Part shown: positions 11,801 to 26,800 of the stretch, piece after piece
Numbering within the stretch: the stretch's first letter is position 1
How the letters are laid out: the number at the start of each line of letters is the position of its first letter
Assembly: GCA_051362555.1 (NCBI GenBank)
Contig: CM120640.1
Span: 17,546,001-17,610,000 of the forward strand
DNA: 64,000 bases
DNA from: Lingula anatina
Taxonomy: Eukaryota > Animalia > Brachiopoda
Direction: 5' to 3'
Translations under genes and position numbers: made by a program
The notes under the pieces: generated by a model
Told to the model about the DNA's origin: nothing
The model's database searches: none
Seen by the model: the letters and a program-made list of their open reading frames with translations, nothing else

Positions 11801-14800
11801 CAAATTAGACTTGAGAGAATGGAACAAAAAAGACTGCATATCTGAAGGATAAACCCCATATAAGCCAAATCAATTGAACATTTCAGTAATATAAATGCTG
11901 GGACATCATTTGCAAGGAAAAACCAATTTTTTAGTCCCTGGATGCTTCTTGAGACCTGAACACCTACATAAATCTTTCCTATAGTTTGTATTTAGGTAAA
12001 GAAAAAAGTTGAACAATAAATTGCATAGACAGTGGCCCAGAGGGACTTCGTCCCAGCTTCAGTCCATGTATGAATTCTATTTAGAAATGGGGTCCTTTTC
12101 CTACACAGTAGTTTGCAAGCCTGGATATGGTAATGAAGGGGCGATAAGTAGGATTAAGATCATCAGAGAAAGCTATTTGATTCCCAAAGGCTTTTCAAAT
12201 TTTGTAGTTTTCTTCGCTAGTCTTTTTATGGAATAGAAATGATTGGAATAGACTGGGTGGCTCTTGTGTTTATGAGAAGGAAATGAGGAATCTGAATAAG
12301 CATGTCATCTTCTCTGTAAGTGTAAACTGGTTAAATACATTTAAATATTTTTATACAACATATAGCTGATATCTCAGGGCTCTTTTTTCTCAAAAAATAC
12401 TTTAGGGATGGTATGTAGAACTTTAGCATGAAAAACTACTATTATCAAATTTTTCTCCAAGGTCCTAAGCAATTTTGTAGTATTCACTATCACTATTATT
12501 ATTAAATTCTATGATTGGAAATAAGACATATAAGTCCACCATTTTAAGACCACAGTTTTTCTGTTGACTCTGAGTGGATTGTTATATGTTTCCTTTTTTT
12601 TTTTCAAGTCAAGTAAAATTGCATTTTAATGAGGGGCGTAAGTTAAATTATCATAATAGTATTCTATTTAGATATAAACACAGACTATGTACGATGAGCA
12701 TTTAAAAAAAAAAAAAAACTTAAGGCAACAAAAATCCCATGTATGTTCCTTTTCTCATAGTAAGCTCTGCTGTAGTTGCTATAAATCAGATAACTTGCTA
12801 CAAAAAGCTTACTAATTGATAGCAGCATTAGACAGTTATACAAATGTTTAGCCTACTCAAAAGTAGTTGACTCACCAAAGTTTACTTCAGTCTCCATAGC
12901 AGGCAAAAATTATTGTCAAGACAATAAGATTTGGCTTTGGGGCTCAGGTCTGAGACTGAAAATGTGAGGTAAGCAGCCCTGAATGCAACTTATCTTCTAA
13001 AATTTTACCCAGAATAGAGTTGTAGACATGAGTCATTTGGAGAAATAATTCCTATTTCTAATATTTGTCAGTCATCTGGATAAATTTGTGTGCTTTGGCA
13101 GCATGTAATTAGCTACAGCAATGTGTTGTTTGTGACAGCATGTTTACTATGGCAGCATGTAGTTTGCAGCAACCTGGTTGCCATAACAGAATTTTAACAG
13201 TGTGTAACAGGTTTTAACAGTGTGTAATTAGCCATTACAGAAGGTTAACCCTAATTGTCTGTTGGCTGATTGTACTAGGTTCTTAGATATACCGCAGGTA
13301 TAATCTAGACGCTAGGGGCTCTAATCCACCATTGAAAGATTCTAGGTTCGGTACGCGATTCCCGACTTGGGTTATGCCCGGAGAGAAGAGTAACGCAACA
13401 CCACTGTTTAGTCACAAAAATCAAAACTCGTTTATTGCCAGGTCGCAGCCTGATTTTATACCTAACTTTGCGTGACAGACTTGTATCTTTATTGAGACTT
13501 TACTATAATTAAAGGAGATAAGATAAGAAAAGAGATTAACTTTAGATAAGAGCTATAAACTTCTATTGACACGTATTACAAGTCACGCGCTCAAGCCCGC
13601 GACTCAGATTGAATAAATTACTAGTCTGAACATGATGCAGCTCATTGGTCATAACAGAATGTTGGTTGTAGTATAATGTGTTTATCATAACAGAATGTTG
13701 ATTGTGGCAAAGTGTTTGTCACAATATCAGAATGTTTGTTGTGGTTGTGTATTTGGTCATAACAGAATGTTGGTTGTGGCATTGTGTTTGTCATAACAGA
13801 ATGTTGGTTTTGGCAGTGTATTGGTCAAAACAGAATGTTGATTGTAGCAGAATGTGTTTATCATAACGGAATGTTGATTGTGGCAATGTATTTGTCATAG
13901 CAGAATGTTGGTTGTGGCAGTGTATTGGTCATAACAGAATGTTGCCTTGGTTGTGGCAGTGTGTTTTTCTTAACATAATGTTGACTTTGGCAGTATGTGT
14001 ATGCCATAACAGAATGTTTGTAATGGTGTGCCGTTTGCCATAACAGTATTGGCCATATCATCTTATTGGTCGTGATAGATTGTTGTTGTGGTAATGTGTT
14101 GGCCATAATAGAATGTTGGTTGTGGCAAGGGCAGTGGGGTTGTATAGGACAGCTTCAATTATGTTGGCAGGATTATATTGGCAACTGCACCATGCTAGCA
14201 ATGTCATTTTATTGTGTTGGCTGTGACAGCTATAACCTGTTCATTTTAAATACAAACCATACATATGGCTGTGTGGTGGGTGTGACGGTGTAAAAAGGTG
14301 GTGAATCATAACTGCTGGTCTAAACGTAATGCCTAGCTTATCAGTTGTTGACAAGGTGTGTGAACATTTGCATGATTTTTCTCTTATTTGCTCAGAAATG
14401 TACTTTTTAAGAGGCTATACTCTCAGAGATAGTTCTTGTTGAACTTTATGGTATTAGATGAAACCTTAGTCTCATTACTTTCCTGCTAGCTAGCATAAAG
14501 CACTTCAAACACTTTCTGAGTTTGTAATTGGCAATATAGTTATTCAGCTAAGTAACAATTGCTAAGAAACATAGAAATGTCTATAGTATTGGCAACACTT
14601 CTCAGAATTGAAAACGCAGGGGATATTGACAAATATAGTGGTTTTCAGTGTCATGTAGTAGAATAATTGTGTTATTATCTCATTGAGCTTTTTCATTTTA
14701 TTTTATGGTTACAGTTCTTGTGAAATGCTATTGTGTGTTGATGGTATGGGTGTGGTTTGATATCTATAAATTTTTTAGGCACCAAACATATATTCAATGT

Positions 14801-17800
14801 ACAGCAAGGGGCATAGAGGGATTATAATGGCTATGAGTGAGGGGTTGGTTTGACTGCATGTTTAACTAGTGCCCTTTCCTTTAGCCAGGTCCTATGTTTA
14901 AGCTGTATTGAAAAATTAGTACTTTGGATTTTTTTTTTTCTCTAAGAAAATTCATCTGTGTAGTTGGAATTTTTTGTTAAGTATTGTTTAATTGCATTGC
15001 TCTTAATGTTGTCTTACTGTTATGATCGTTTTCTGGTTCAGACAAGCTGGGCATAGAGGCAGAGGTATGCCTTTGGCCTCCTCAGGACACCCATGTGTGT
15101 GGGGTGTATATGAGGAATACCCTGAGTTTGAGAAGTCAGTAGGAACTTGCCTCTAATTGTCAGCAAGTGTCTGCCAGATGCATGCTGACAATATGTGCAG
15201 ATGAGTTCCCATTGACTCACAGTGGTGTGGGAAGGGATGGATGTGCATGTGTATACATATATGATATTTAATCAAACTACTTAGCACTCATATTTATGTT
15301 TTTTAATTAACTTAGTCACCATTTTGGTAGATTATGGACAAGTTGTATGGATCTGTCAATGCTGCGGAGGGGGCATGGGCTGTACTAGATTCTCTAAATT
15401 TCTCCTTACAATGCATGAAACTTTGCATGTGAACCCAACTACAGTTTTTATGTCAGGAATGTGAACTATAAAGAGCATGCTTGGTAAGGCTTATGATAAA
15501 CTGATAAAACACAAGGTGTACTGAAAAGTAAACTTTACATTTGACATTATTCACATGGCCCTTAGCTGTTGGCATGATAGCAGAACTTGTGCTGCATACT
15601 AAAAGTATTATGCCTCTGCATATAGGGCATTGTATTGCTAAGATATGTGCTTGCTGCTAGTCTTTCCCAATGGGCCTAGCACACGAACAATATGTGGTGC
15701 CTCGATATGAAACCAGACAACTTTTGTGTTTTTAATCTCCAAATATTAAAAAAAATCAATTAAGTTAATAAATAGGCCGGGAACAAGAACTTATTATATA
15801 GTATATTTTATATTAACTATTATTGAAGATCATAATAATAAATGAGTTGCATTTCAATGTACTCCATGCTATGGTCTTTATTTAAAAATAGCAATTTTTA
15901 CGAGATTACATATTGCATCGTATTGTTTGGTTCCATTGCCTCTTTTTCAAAAATTAGAACAGGCGCTCCAAAACCGGGAGATGAAGTAAAAAAAAAATTA
16001 TATTGACCAAGTTCGCCCTTGCACAAGAACGTCCTCGCAGCATTATCTGCAATTAACCTTCCTACGATTTTAAATGTATTTTGCAATATCATTTTCAATC
16101 TGGCCCATGAAGAATTTTATTAATCAAGAGTGGGGGAGGGTTGGAAAATCCCCTTGAGGCCACATATAACACTATAAATGTCGAGGGAATCCCCCTTACA
16201 ATGAAGGAAAAATAAACATTAATCTTAGGAAAGTCCGATGGATTTTCTTTTTAATACATACAATCAACATAATATTTCTAATATAATTTCTCAAAACAAC
16301 ACCAGAAAGCAAATTAAATCAACCAGACGGTAAAGACCGGCAGGCATTGTCAATTTCACCATTTGTTTATTTCCAACAGAGTACTTTTCGCGCATGCGCA
16401 GTAGTTTGAGACCTGTGCTAATGGGCCTTAATTGCTTAAAGTCATAATAACTCTTCGTTTTGGCCAAAAATTAAAATTTCCTGGAGTAAACGGCAATTTT
16501 CCCGTACTTACCAATGGTCAACGACCTCATTCCTGCATTCAAAGTTAGTCCATGGCCAGGGTTTTTCGTTTGCTATAATCTCTTCAGAGATTTTAACTGA
16601 CGGAGCCCTCTCTGACATTGTGTAGTCACGCGATATCGAGCGATATTTTCTGGTGACCTACTTAAAACTGCGAGAAAAGCAGACAACAACAACACTATAT
16701 AACAATAATATAAGATTCATAAGATATATTTGTCTCATTGCTCAAAATGCATTTTTATCTACAATGTGTGCAGTTCTGGGCTTTTCGTTTTCCAACACAC
16801 TGTACAAAAACTCGCAACTTACGTCTGCGGATTGCATCATGCGCTTGCCTCATATGACGACATATGTTATTTTGGTCTTGAATGAATGTGAGAATCCGCG
16901 TGATACCCCAAAGTCATTGGCAACAGCTGCCTTGACAACTGGGAAGAAAGGCATCGAAAGCCCTATTGACAAGCGCAGATTTAAGTTTTACTACAATAAC
17001 AGCCATTTTAGTGGTTAAATATTATATAATATTTTCATGCGTTGTTTACAATGTATTTCTTGCGGAATTTTAAATCTCATAGGAAGAGTTATTATTGCTT
17101 TGAGCTTAATTGCCATACCTGTATTTCTAAGAATGACCTTAATTAAAGCCTCGGTCAAAACCGGACGCACAAATTTCAGGATCGTACGTCCCCTGCGATT
17201 TTTTGGGGGTTGCGTAGGCCGTGGAGGTTGTAGAGGTAGAGGAAGGTCTGCCTTACCGTACGTGCTTTCGGGCTGTCTGCGAACTCGAAATTGCGTAAGA
17301 AGGCCTTGCGTGGGACGTGAGATTCTGCGCAAAATTTGGACGCAAACAGCCTGTAAGAACCCGTACGGCCGGTTGTGACCGAGGCTTAAGATTATAATTT
17401 AGACAACTCTTGGCAGGGTTTTTGTCAGAAGTATATAATGCTGTTGTTTGCCTATATTTTTATCTCCTGTAATGTACCCCTCTTGACATCACGTTTCCAT
17501 TAAAATTGGCATACCTATTTCCTTATAAACCATTAGCAGTTTAGGCTTTGAGTTTTAAGCTAAAAAAATGATATGAGATTTTTTATTGATCAGTGCCCAG
17601 CAAGTCATGACAGCTTCCAAAGCTCTCAGCCCTTAAAATGTTTATAGTATCCCACCTGAAGCACTTTTTTTTTAAATTATTCATTGTGCTGTGACTCTGA
17701 AGTATTAGTTCACAGAATCAGAGTCAATTTGTGAGGATGTGAAGCATGCAATTTTTGTGTTCATAGCCTTGTTTGTAATGTCTTATAGACTTTTATGTGC

Positions 17801-20800
17801 TCCATGCAACAGCAGTCCCCCAATCACCATGATGCTCACGGTGTGCACATAACAAACAGAACGAAAACCTGACAATACTGTAATTATTGAACGAAATGTT
17901 TTATGGATTAAACCTGTAGCACTACCAATCCCAGCAAATTGCATACTTGTCTAATGATTGATATGGATATAAAGCAAAAGCACTGTTGTCAAAAGGCACT
18001 GTCTGTTCGTTTCAGGAAGCTACTGTAATTACTTTTCCTTTTTATTGCAGCTGAACTTGGCATTAAATTGTGTTTGGATGTATCTGATACAACTTCAAAT
18101 ATAATGTTTATGAATTGAAATCATCTTTTTGTGTTGTAATAAGGGTAGGTAGCTTGTGATTATGTCAAGCAAATTTTAATCTCACCCAGAGTCACTAAAA
18201 TCAATGTGCCATAATAAAAGATTACTTATACAATATAAGTAAGGAAGTGATCATGACAGTTTCAAACCAAGCCAAGTATCAGTTTTTTAATTTGTTAATT
18301 GATGTCACATTTTTTTGTCTGTGTTTTGGAAAATGAGATTTTTCATGGTTGAAGTATAACTGACAATCTTTGTGAATAAACAAAGTTGGGTGTTTGTATT
18401 ATTTTGTAATGAGGGAGATTTTTGATAAAATCAATCATAATGTTTAGGTGTCAATAAATGTATGAATTTTAGTATATGTGGGGTTATTGACAGAGACAAA
18501 TTAAGGTCAACATTTCCAAATGGCATAACAAGGTCTGTGATGTGACATAGTGATAGAACTTGATTTGCAGAGATAAAACTAGATAAGATACGGACAGTTT
18601 TTCGGTTTCCTATAATAAAAGTGGCTATGTAAAAAAATCCTTCCAGTCTCCTTATTTACTCAGGCTGAAATTGTTATTAAGAATAAGATCCTTAAGACAG
18701 TGAACAGATGTCTCATGGAATATTTCACATTTAATTCTTGGCCAAATGTATCATAACCATGTCCTGACTGTCACAGTTATTTTATAGACAGGTACATTTT
18801 CTGGGTGACTGTTCATAGGCAGTTCCCAATATAGTTGGGTTCCCTGTTCTGTAGGCAGTTTTTATTATTGTCATGCATCAATAAGCTGCTTTATGGGCAT
18901 TTCTCTATAGTCATTCTGGCCATTCTGTTGGCAATTCCCAATGTTATTCTTGATATATCTAGATATATTCTTCTGTCTTGTCCAAGTATATGCTTGTATA
19001 TATGGCCATTTTACCCATTTTATGGGCAGTCCCCAATATTACAACGCAAGGAACTCTTAGAAGTACAGGGTAGTTTCCAGCATTGGTATATAACTGCTAG
19101 AGTACAAACAGTTCCCAGTGCCATGCTGTCAACTAACTTAATACAGGCAATTCCCAGTATTGTTTGGAGGCTATCTCATTATTGAAAGTGAGCAGATATA
19201 AGGTCACCATTTAGTTTTAGGACATATTGATTTGTCAGCAAATGCCTACAAACACTGGTTGTTTTATATGTCCATTAAAGCAGTCATACATCCCTACCAG
19301 AAAGGAATATCCCAAGTGAATTGTCTTTACTGATTTTTTAAACCTGTTCATTAATCACAGTAGGAAATCCATTATGAAAGTAAAAATATTGTATGGCATA
19401 AATTTTGAACAATATGTATCAACTTATGCTGTTGGTTAATGTATGTGGTTATGCAAGTCCTTAGGTGTGAACTCTCTGGTTACATTCTGGATGGCATGAA
19501 TTTTATTTGAGTCCAGGAACCATCATCATTTATTTAAAATCCTTTGTGTGACAGGCACTTAGAACATCTTCTTGTTGAATTGAGGAAATTTCCATTTACA
19601 TATTACTACTGTGCATTATGCAATTATTGAAGACTTGAAACAAAACACAAAATTGAGCTGCCCCTAATGTTCTGTATATATCCCTTTCTTAAAAGCACAT
19701 CCCTGTTACGTCAGTGAATGTCATTTTTAAAAGAAATTTTCTGTAGTCATTATCTATGTCCTAGTTTTTGGACAATGTTTCATTGTGTATGCCTAATGCA
19801 GTCTGGAACTGTCTGGAATGATATCTTCACTGATCATTCCAGTAGAAAAACCTATACAATTGGAAATATTTACAACTTCTTAGCATGTGTTTCAGTGACT
19901 TGCATGTGACCATGGGCTATTTATCTCTTTTCATCCAGGCAACACACTCTGGCACTCTGTTGGCTTGACAAATTACTAGTATTCACAAAGCAGTAAATTG
20001 GGTGCTATGTTGATATTATTTCCAAAACTCTAAAAGTGAAGAGATAAAAAAGGTTCTTTGTGTGACAGCCTTTTGTGTCTTCATCTTAAATCTCTTTGTT
20101 AACATGTGTAAACATAGAGAAATGGTCTAAAGCACAGACTCATAGGCAGGGGGTTTAGGACAGATTGAAAGAACCATCCCTATGGCTGAAAAAGATCCCC
20201 TCTGAATCAAAATTTGAACTGTTTTCTGTTCCATTTCCCAAGTTGGGTCAAGTAAGGGAATAAAAAGGTCTATTATCAGAAATAAAAAAAAAAACCCCAA
20301 ATTGTTGGTTACAGTCGTGAAAGCTTAGTGTATAGGAAAATCAAATGAGGCTATGTATGATATTTGTCTTAGATTCAAGACTTATTTAGTAGATAAACAG
20401 CTGGCATCAGGAAATGTATGCATTTTATGGATTTTTTCAGTACCATGACTTGAGCATGCCTAGGTATAGCATATACAATAAGAGAATAAGAACAGGGTAT
20501 TTACTCTAGATCTCTTCTATGAAATAAATTTAAGCAAAGCTGAAATACATACATAAGTATATATTGAGGTACACTCAAGAACATTACATAAATGGAAAAA
20601 AAATTTGCCAAGTTTTTATGTTGGTTGCATGCTATCCTCCAACACAATTCTTTGTGTTGGCTGCATGCAACCCTAGAATTAGGTGAAGTACCTTGAGAAG
20701 CATAGTTAAGGGGAAAAAACATTGTGGGGAAGCAACCCGCTATTGCAGCATTCATTTAATGCATCCTTTGGGAAGAAAAAGAACCCATTATTGTACCAGG

Positions 20801-23800
20801 AGTGAAAAAGAACACTACATGTGTATATGATGTTTTATATCAGTCAAATGTAATTTGATTGTCATAATTATCACCACTTTTTTTTACAATAGACCCTTCA
20901 TTATTGTGAGTTAATGAGTACTTGATGATGATAAGCCATTATCTAATTGCAAACTTGGCAGTTAACAGGCTTCCTGGTGTTGAGTAAAATACAGAAAAAA
21001 TGGGTGCTTATAAGAGTATGATGGAAACAAGAGGTGTATTTGTCTGTTAAACTGATTGTATTTAGTAAAAGTCCCAACAGAGTTGGATCAATCTATTTAG
21101 ACTGATAGTTTCCTTTGGAATGTGCCCTAAAGATAATCTCCAATATAGCATGCTGCACCATCCTTCACCAGCATTGGCCTGACACCAATCCATCCTCTAC
21201 CATCTATGGGCCAATACTAAACCTGCATGGTTCAGGCCTACAGAACTACCAGACTCGGCACCGAATGATCCTGAATTCACTGGTAAATCGGACCACACTA
21301 CCCGTTTTCAAGGTGTGTATCAGTACGCATTTCACAGTATCGGACGCGACACCGCTCTTGCCTAGTACACGATATGATAGTGACGATTCTCAGCGGGGTT
21401 GAAAAGCATTGCATCACCACTCAAAATTTGTTCAAGGTATGATACTGTGTAATGCGTACTGATTCACACCTTGAAAACAGGTAGTGTGGTCTGATCTATC
21501 GGTGAATTCAGGATCATTCGGTGCCGAGTCTGGTAGTTGGGTAGGCCTGATGGTTGATCTTCTGTGCAACTGTGAGAGCCAGAGCTTCAGAATTTACACA
21601 TGCAAGCTATTTCATTTTCAAATTTTCTGCTTGTCATGTCTGAATTTGAAGGCAGGCCCATAGCCGCAATTTTAAAGGGGGGGGGGGTCTGTTAAAGTGT
21701 ACCTTTAGCCATGAAACATTTGTGCACCTAGATCAAATATTGCCCAGGCTTTTCCCGGCCAAAAGAGCAGAATGTTCAGTCCCCTCCCAAACCCCCCTGT
21801 CTACTGGCCTGTTGAAGGGGATTTTGATTTAGGTAAACCACCTCAACCACTGATCTATTAATTCCTAATATCACGTCCTTCTGTGGAACTTTGAAATATG
21901 GATAGCTAGATGTATATTTCTGAACAGCCTGGAAAACTCCAAACATACCAGTGAATGATCAGAGTTTAATAATAATGTACATTTGAAGATTTGATGTTCA
22001 GGTTACCAATACTGTTCATGCACTGTTGATTTTTTGAGCAGCTTGGACCTAGTAGTAATTTTGTTTTACTCTTAGCCTAATGATAAGAATATTGATGACA
22101 TAAAATTGTGTTTATTGTCTTGTTTTGAATACTGAATACTCTGAGCAAAAATAATAATAAGTATGTCTGCATTCAAACCCCATCTAAAATGCTAATAGAG
22201 GTCTCCTAGAATAGGAAAACAATTATCTGCTGGTAGGAGGCCCACTATAGACTAAATATGACTGAATATTGGAAATATTCTCCATAGGCAGCCTTTTATT
22301 CTGTGGAAAATATAAAAAAGGCATTTTGATGCGATGAAATTTATGATTCATTTCATTATGATTGGCTTTTTATGAATTTACTTTTTCATTTTGTTTTATA
22401 TTAAAGAAAAATTATTTCCAGGTTATCAACATCAAAGGTACCATTATGTTCAAAATCAACCAGCATGGCAGCTTCTAGTTATTCATGTTAATATATTGTG
22501 TTGGCGTACTTTGCAGGGATGGAGGACAAGATGACAGTTGTTGCTGTCAGCACAGCTGTGGCGTCGCTAGCTTGTGTGGCATTTCTGGTGATGCTGTGTG
22601 CCTGGTGTTTTGGGCGTGGAGATGAGGAAGAATATGAGCCCATAGAACCCAAGGAAATGGAAGCAGGAGGAACCATGCCTGCAAAACCAAAAAAACTGTC
22701 ATGGAAAGAAAGATTTTTGTTTGGAAAAAGTCCGGTGATAATGAGAAGCACAATAAAGTAAGTATAGCTTTTTTTTTTTTTTCGGGGGAGGGGGGCTATA
22801 TGAATAACAAGAGACCATTTCAGTGGGGAAATGAGTTGGGTTACTCAGATGGCCATTACCCACGCAAAGTAAATAGATCAGTTTTATTGTGTGAGGAACA
22901 GCCCTGGGGAAACAATTTGTAGTTTAGACACAAACTAGTGGATTGAGCTGTATTGAATGGATAACAAGTGTTTTCTTTGATTTGAACATAGGCAATATTT
23001 CCTCATACAATAATCTCAGAAAACAAGCTGCATTCATTAGTTGAAATGTGCTTTTTGTTGGGAAAACCTATCGGAGGATTATAGATTTTTGCATTTCTAA
23101 GGGTGTCATTAACTTATGGGATTCCACTTGCAATCAATATTCACCATGAGTTATTGTTTTGGAGGCCTTTTTGTGTATGTTGTAGAGTGAGCTGTGGCTT
23201 TGATGCCTTCCAGATGGTTTTGTAACAACTAGATGAAGCAGATTGTCCTGTTAAATCAGATCTACTTAAAATATTGACTTTGTAACTGCTTCTTGCTTCA
23301 CTGTGCTTGTGATGAAAAGTAAATAGGTGAAGTATCATAAAGAAACATTAGGATGTATTAAGTACACCTAGATTAACACATTAGTAACCATCCTATCTAG
23401 AATGGTTGCACAAGGTTTCCATGCATATGGTTAACATTTTGCCTATTTCTCTCTTAAAACTATTTTGCAGCCTTTTTTGTTGTCATTAGCTCACATGCAT
23501 GTCTACAAAATCTAAGTTACAAACTAAAAGCTTTGCACATAGATTCACCAGCACAGATGCATATATTTGCCAGAGAATAACCTTTTGTTATAGAAATGAA
23601 GTAGGATGTCAGAGCATTCTGTTATTTCAATTGTCCACATCACCAGTTGTATTCATATCCTGTGTTACTGCTTTTTAAGGTCATTTTCAATGCACTTTGT
23701 GTGATGTTGATTTATTCAATTGTTATAAAACTGTCTATAGTCACCTAAATTCATGCCATGGTATAAAGAAACAAGGCATTGGTTTATATCTACAGTGTCC

Positions 23801-26800
23801 CAGAAGGGCGGTGTCACATCACTGTGTGGTATGTATCATTATCATTCATGTTATGGAGATGTGATGGTCAAAGGAGTGGATCCAGAAATAAGCTTAACTT
23901 CATTAACTTCAGTCTCTGTAAAAAAAAGTCTGTCCTTTGCCTAAAATGTATGCCTTTATTGACTATATACCTATTAGCCTATTACAAAACTGTTTTTGAC
24001 TAATAGACAGTTGAATACTTATGTTGACTTATCATAAGTCAGACTGGTGCCAGAATATATATTTTAGTGGACCTATAGGAGGTTAGAAAGAATAGCCCTG
24101 CTGGCCATGGAACGGTCTGCTCTGAATCAAAATTTGATCTAGGTTCTCTGCCATTTCTCATTTTGCAGTAAAATGTCAACTTATTTAGAAAAATAAAATC
24201 CTCTCCCACTGTTATTGCTGGTTAACATCCTTGGCCCAGCTTCACCCCCTGTGTCAATTAATGAATCATTTTGCATCAGACCCACTCATACACACGTAGG
24301 TGCACTTGCACATTAGGATAGACTAGAAAGTGGCTTTACTGGATCTCCTCCTTGGCCAGGGGAATCCATCAAGATGGTTTAAAATTGCACACATACATGT
24401 ATAATATGGTTTTATATCTTAGCTTGTTTGTTCTGCTTAGATCATTTGCAGTATTGAAAAAAAATATTTTGGGTCTTTTTTTCTCTCTCTTTGGGATTAT
24501 GGTTGGTTTTTTTTTAGTGGTGAATAATGACAACGGTTAAGATGTTTGTTGTGCATCTTTTCTTGCAGAGAAGGTGAAGAAGTAGACTAAAATGCCCTTA
24601 TGTAAAGCATGCCTATACATATGGCCATCACCTGTGCCTGTTGCCGTCATTGTTGCTGTGTACATTTTGCAGTAAACACAATAAATGGATATATGACCAT
24701 GACTTATGATCCTCAAACTTACTCGATTGATTTTCAAGACTCAAATACAGCTCGAATTAGAAAACTAGCCTGGTTGTATTATTTATCTTGAAATTGTACA
24801 ATTTTTTGGGAAACTTTCACTTTTCACATATTGGCATTTTCAGTGTACGACCTTTAGATGCAATGGACCCGGAGCCCTAGTTACATTTTTTGAATGACCA
24901 TGTTATGCTTTTAAACATTATGTGATATTAAATCAAAATAGGGGGGAAAATGTATTTTATGCACAATCGGTGTTTTTCTTTTTCTTTTTGCTTTATGTCT
25001 GTACATTTGACAGCTTTGCTGTCACATTTTACAAATTACCAATTGGTGCATTTGTTAATTTGAGGACCCTGGCATGTAAGGCAGTATAGTAAATTGAATA
25101 CAACTAATGTTTTTTCAATGGCAGTTTTTCAAGCTTGGCAGATTTAGAGAAGAAAAAAAGAAAAATTAATGGCCAAAGTCCATTATTAACAAGAAGAAAA
25201 CATACACTTTGCTGCTGAATGGAATACTTAAGAAATAAATATTTAATTTGGAGGAAGGGAGACAGAACAGATTGCCAAGATTTGTTTTTTATTACTTTTT
25301 TAATGATGCTGTCCTGGTTTATCATGACTGCAACTATTGAAACACATTGCTTAGGCCTGCACAACTTCCACAAGGAAGACACCTGGTGGCACAATGGAAG
25401 ACTTCATCATCTTGGCATTCTCTGATATTACTTGAGGAAGGTCATGTGGTAAAGGTGCAGAAGTCATGGTGCCCATGTCATGTGTTTGAATTTAAGTTGC
25501 TACCAGTCTTAATAATTTTTGTGAGGCTTTTAACATAGGTTGAATGCTCATTCTACAGCAAAAAGGGGAGAAGCAAAGGCCCATTTTAACCCTGGAAAGT
25601 AACATCATGCCCAAGCTTACTTTTATTTTTTACTTTTTGATTCTGGGAAAAAGAAATAGATGTCTTGTTACAGCTGCTTGATTTTCATTGAAATTTGGCT
25701 CTTTCCAAAATAGCATTATTCTCAGAATAACTGTAATTAAATATACAAGAAGTATGAAATAAAAATGACGTCATGCTTCTCTCCTTTTATAGGTGGTAGA
25801 AAAATGTACCCAGTACATATGCTAGCAGCTTCATTGTACTAATCTTTACTTTGAAAAGTTGCAACAAATCACATTCAATATGTTCTCTGGAGACTGAATG
25901 GCCAAAAATACCCCTTAATCCCTTTTGTTGGGATGCTGATGAAATACAGTAGAAATATGATAAGGTTTCCTGGAGGTTTGTTGGACAATTCTCACACAGC
26001 TGTGATTAAATAAAGGAGCTTTGAAGATGTTATCTGGTAGGCCAGGAGAGTTGATGTCCATGTTATATGCTGCAGTATACAGATCAGTGAATTTGGGCAA
26101 CGGAGTTTATCAACTAAATTAGTTAGTAGGCTTTGGTAGATCTGTTGATCAAGCATGGTATTTTGATTAATTTTATCTTTCTCTTTTGAAAATTGTGCTT
26201 GTGTGGGGTTTTTGGGATTGGCTATGTCTGAAATGAAGAATACCTGGGTGTGGATACTGATTAAAGAGTGACATGAATAATATTTTTTTTGATGTTTTAC
26301 TTTTAGGCTCACTTAAGCACAAATTTCATTACACACATCTAAATTTTGAGCCTACGCTGGAATTAATTGGACAAAATTTTTGGATTATTTCTGATTTTGT
26401 ATAGTCATAGTACCTTATGTTAGGATTTTGCTGAAATTTATATTTGCTAGAGTGAGCCTAGATTTTAGAGAACTGAATTCTACACAGATGTGGGAAGTGG
26501 TTTTCTTCACCAAAAGAATTGGCAACCAGGGGAATGAATTGTCCATTCTGCCAACCTGAAATAATTGGAACTGTTAAATCATGGAGAAATTAATCATATG
26601 CCTTGGACATATTGTTTTAATCTCCTGGATGTTGTGTTTTATGTTGAATTATGGTCAAAGTTTGAGGCAATGTGTAATGTTTAATGCATTGTAGCTCAGT
26701 TTGATCATTTCTATTTTTACTGGGATGGAATATTTAATTTTCTTTTTTACATTCATGGTATTGGTAGATTAAAGACTCAGATTACTTGTGGTGTTATAAG

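Noticed and set aside
13861-14293. ORFs over the 35-bp minisatellite
   Set aside because: They are repeat-derived translations with no coding signature.
16653-17378. Three ORFs of 105-121 aa
   Set aside because: They span the boundaries of TIR elements. Their length is explained by local GC-richness, and they show no transposase motifs.
18760-19185. 116-aa hydrophobic ORF
   Set aside because: It overlies a degenerate tandem repeat (recurring GGCAGTTCCCAAT-like motif) and has a non-ATG start.
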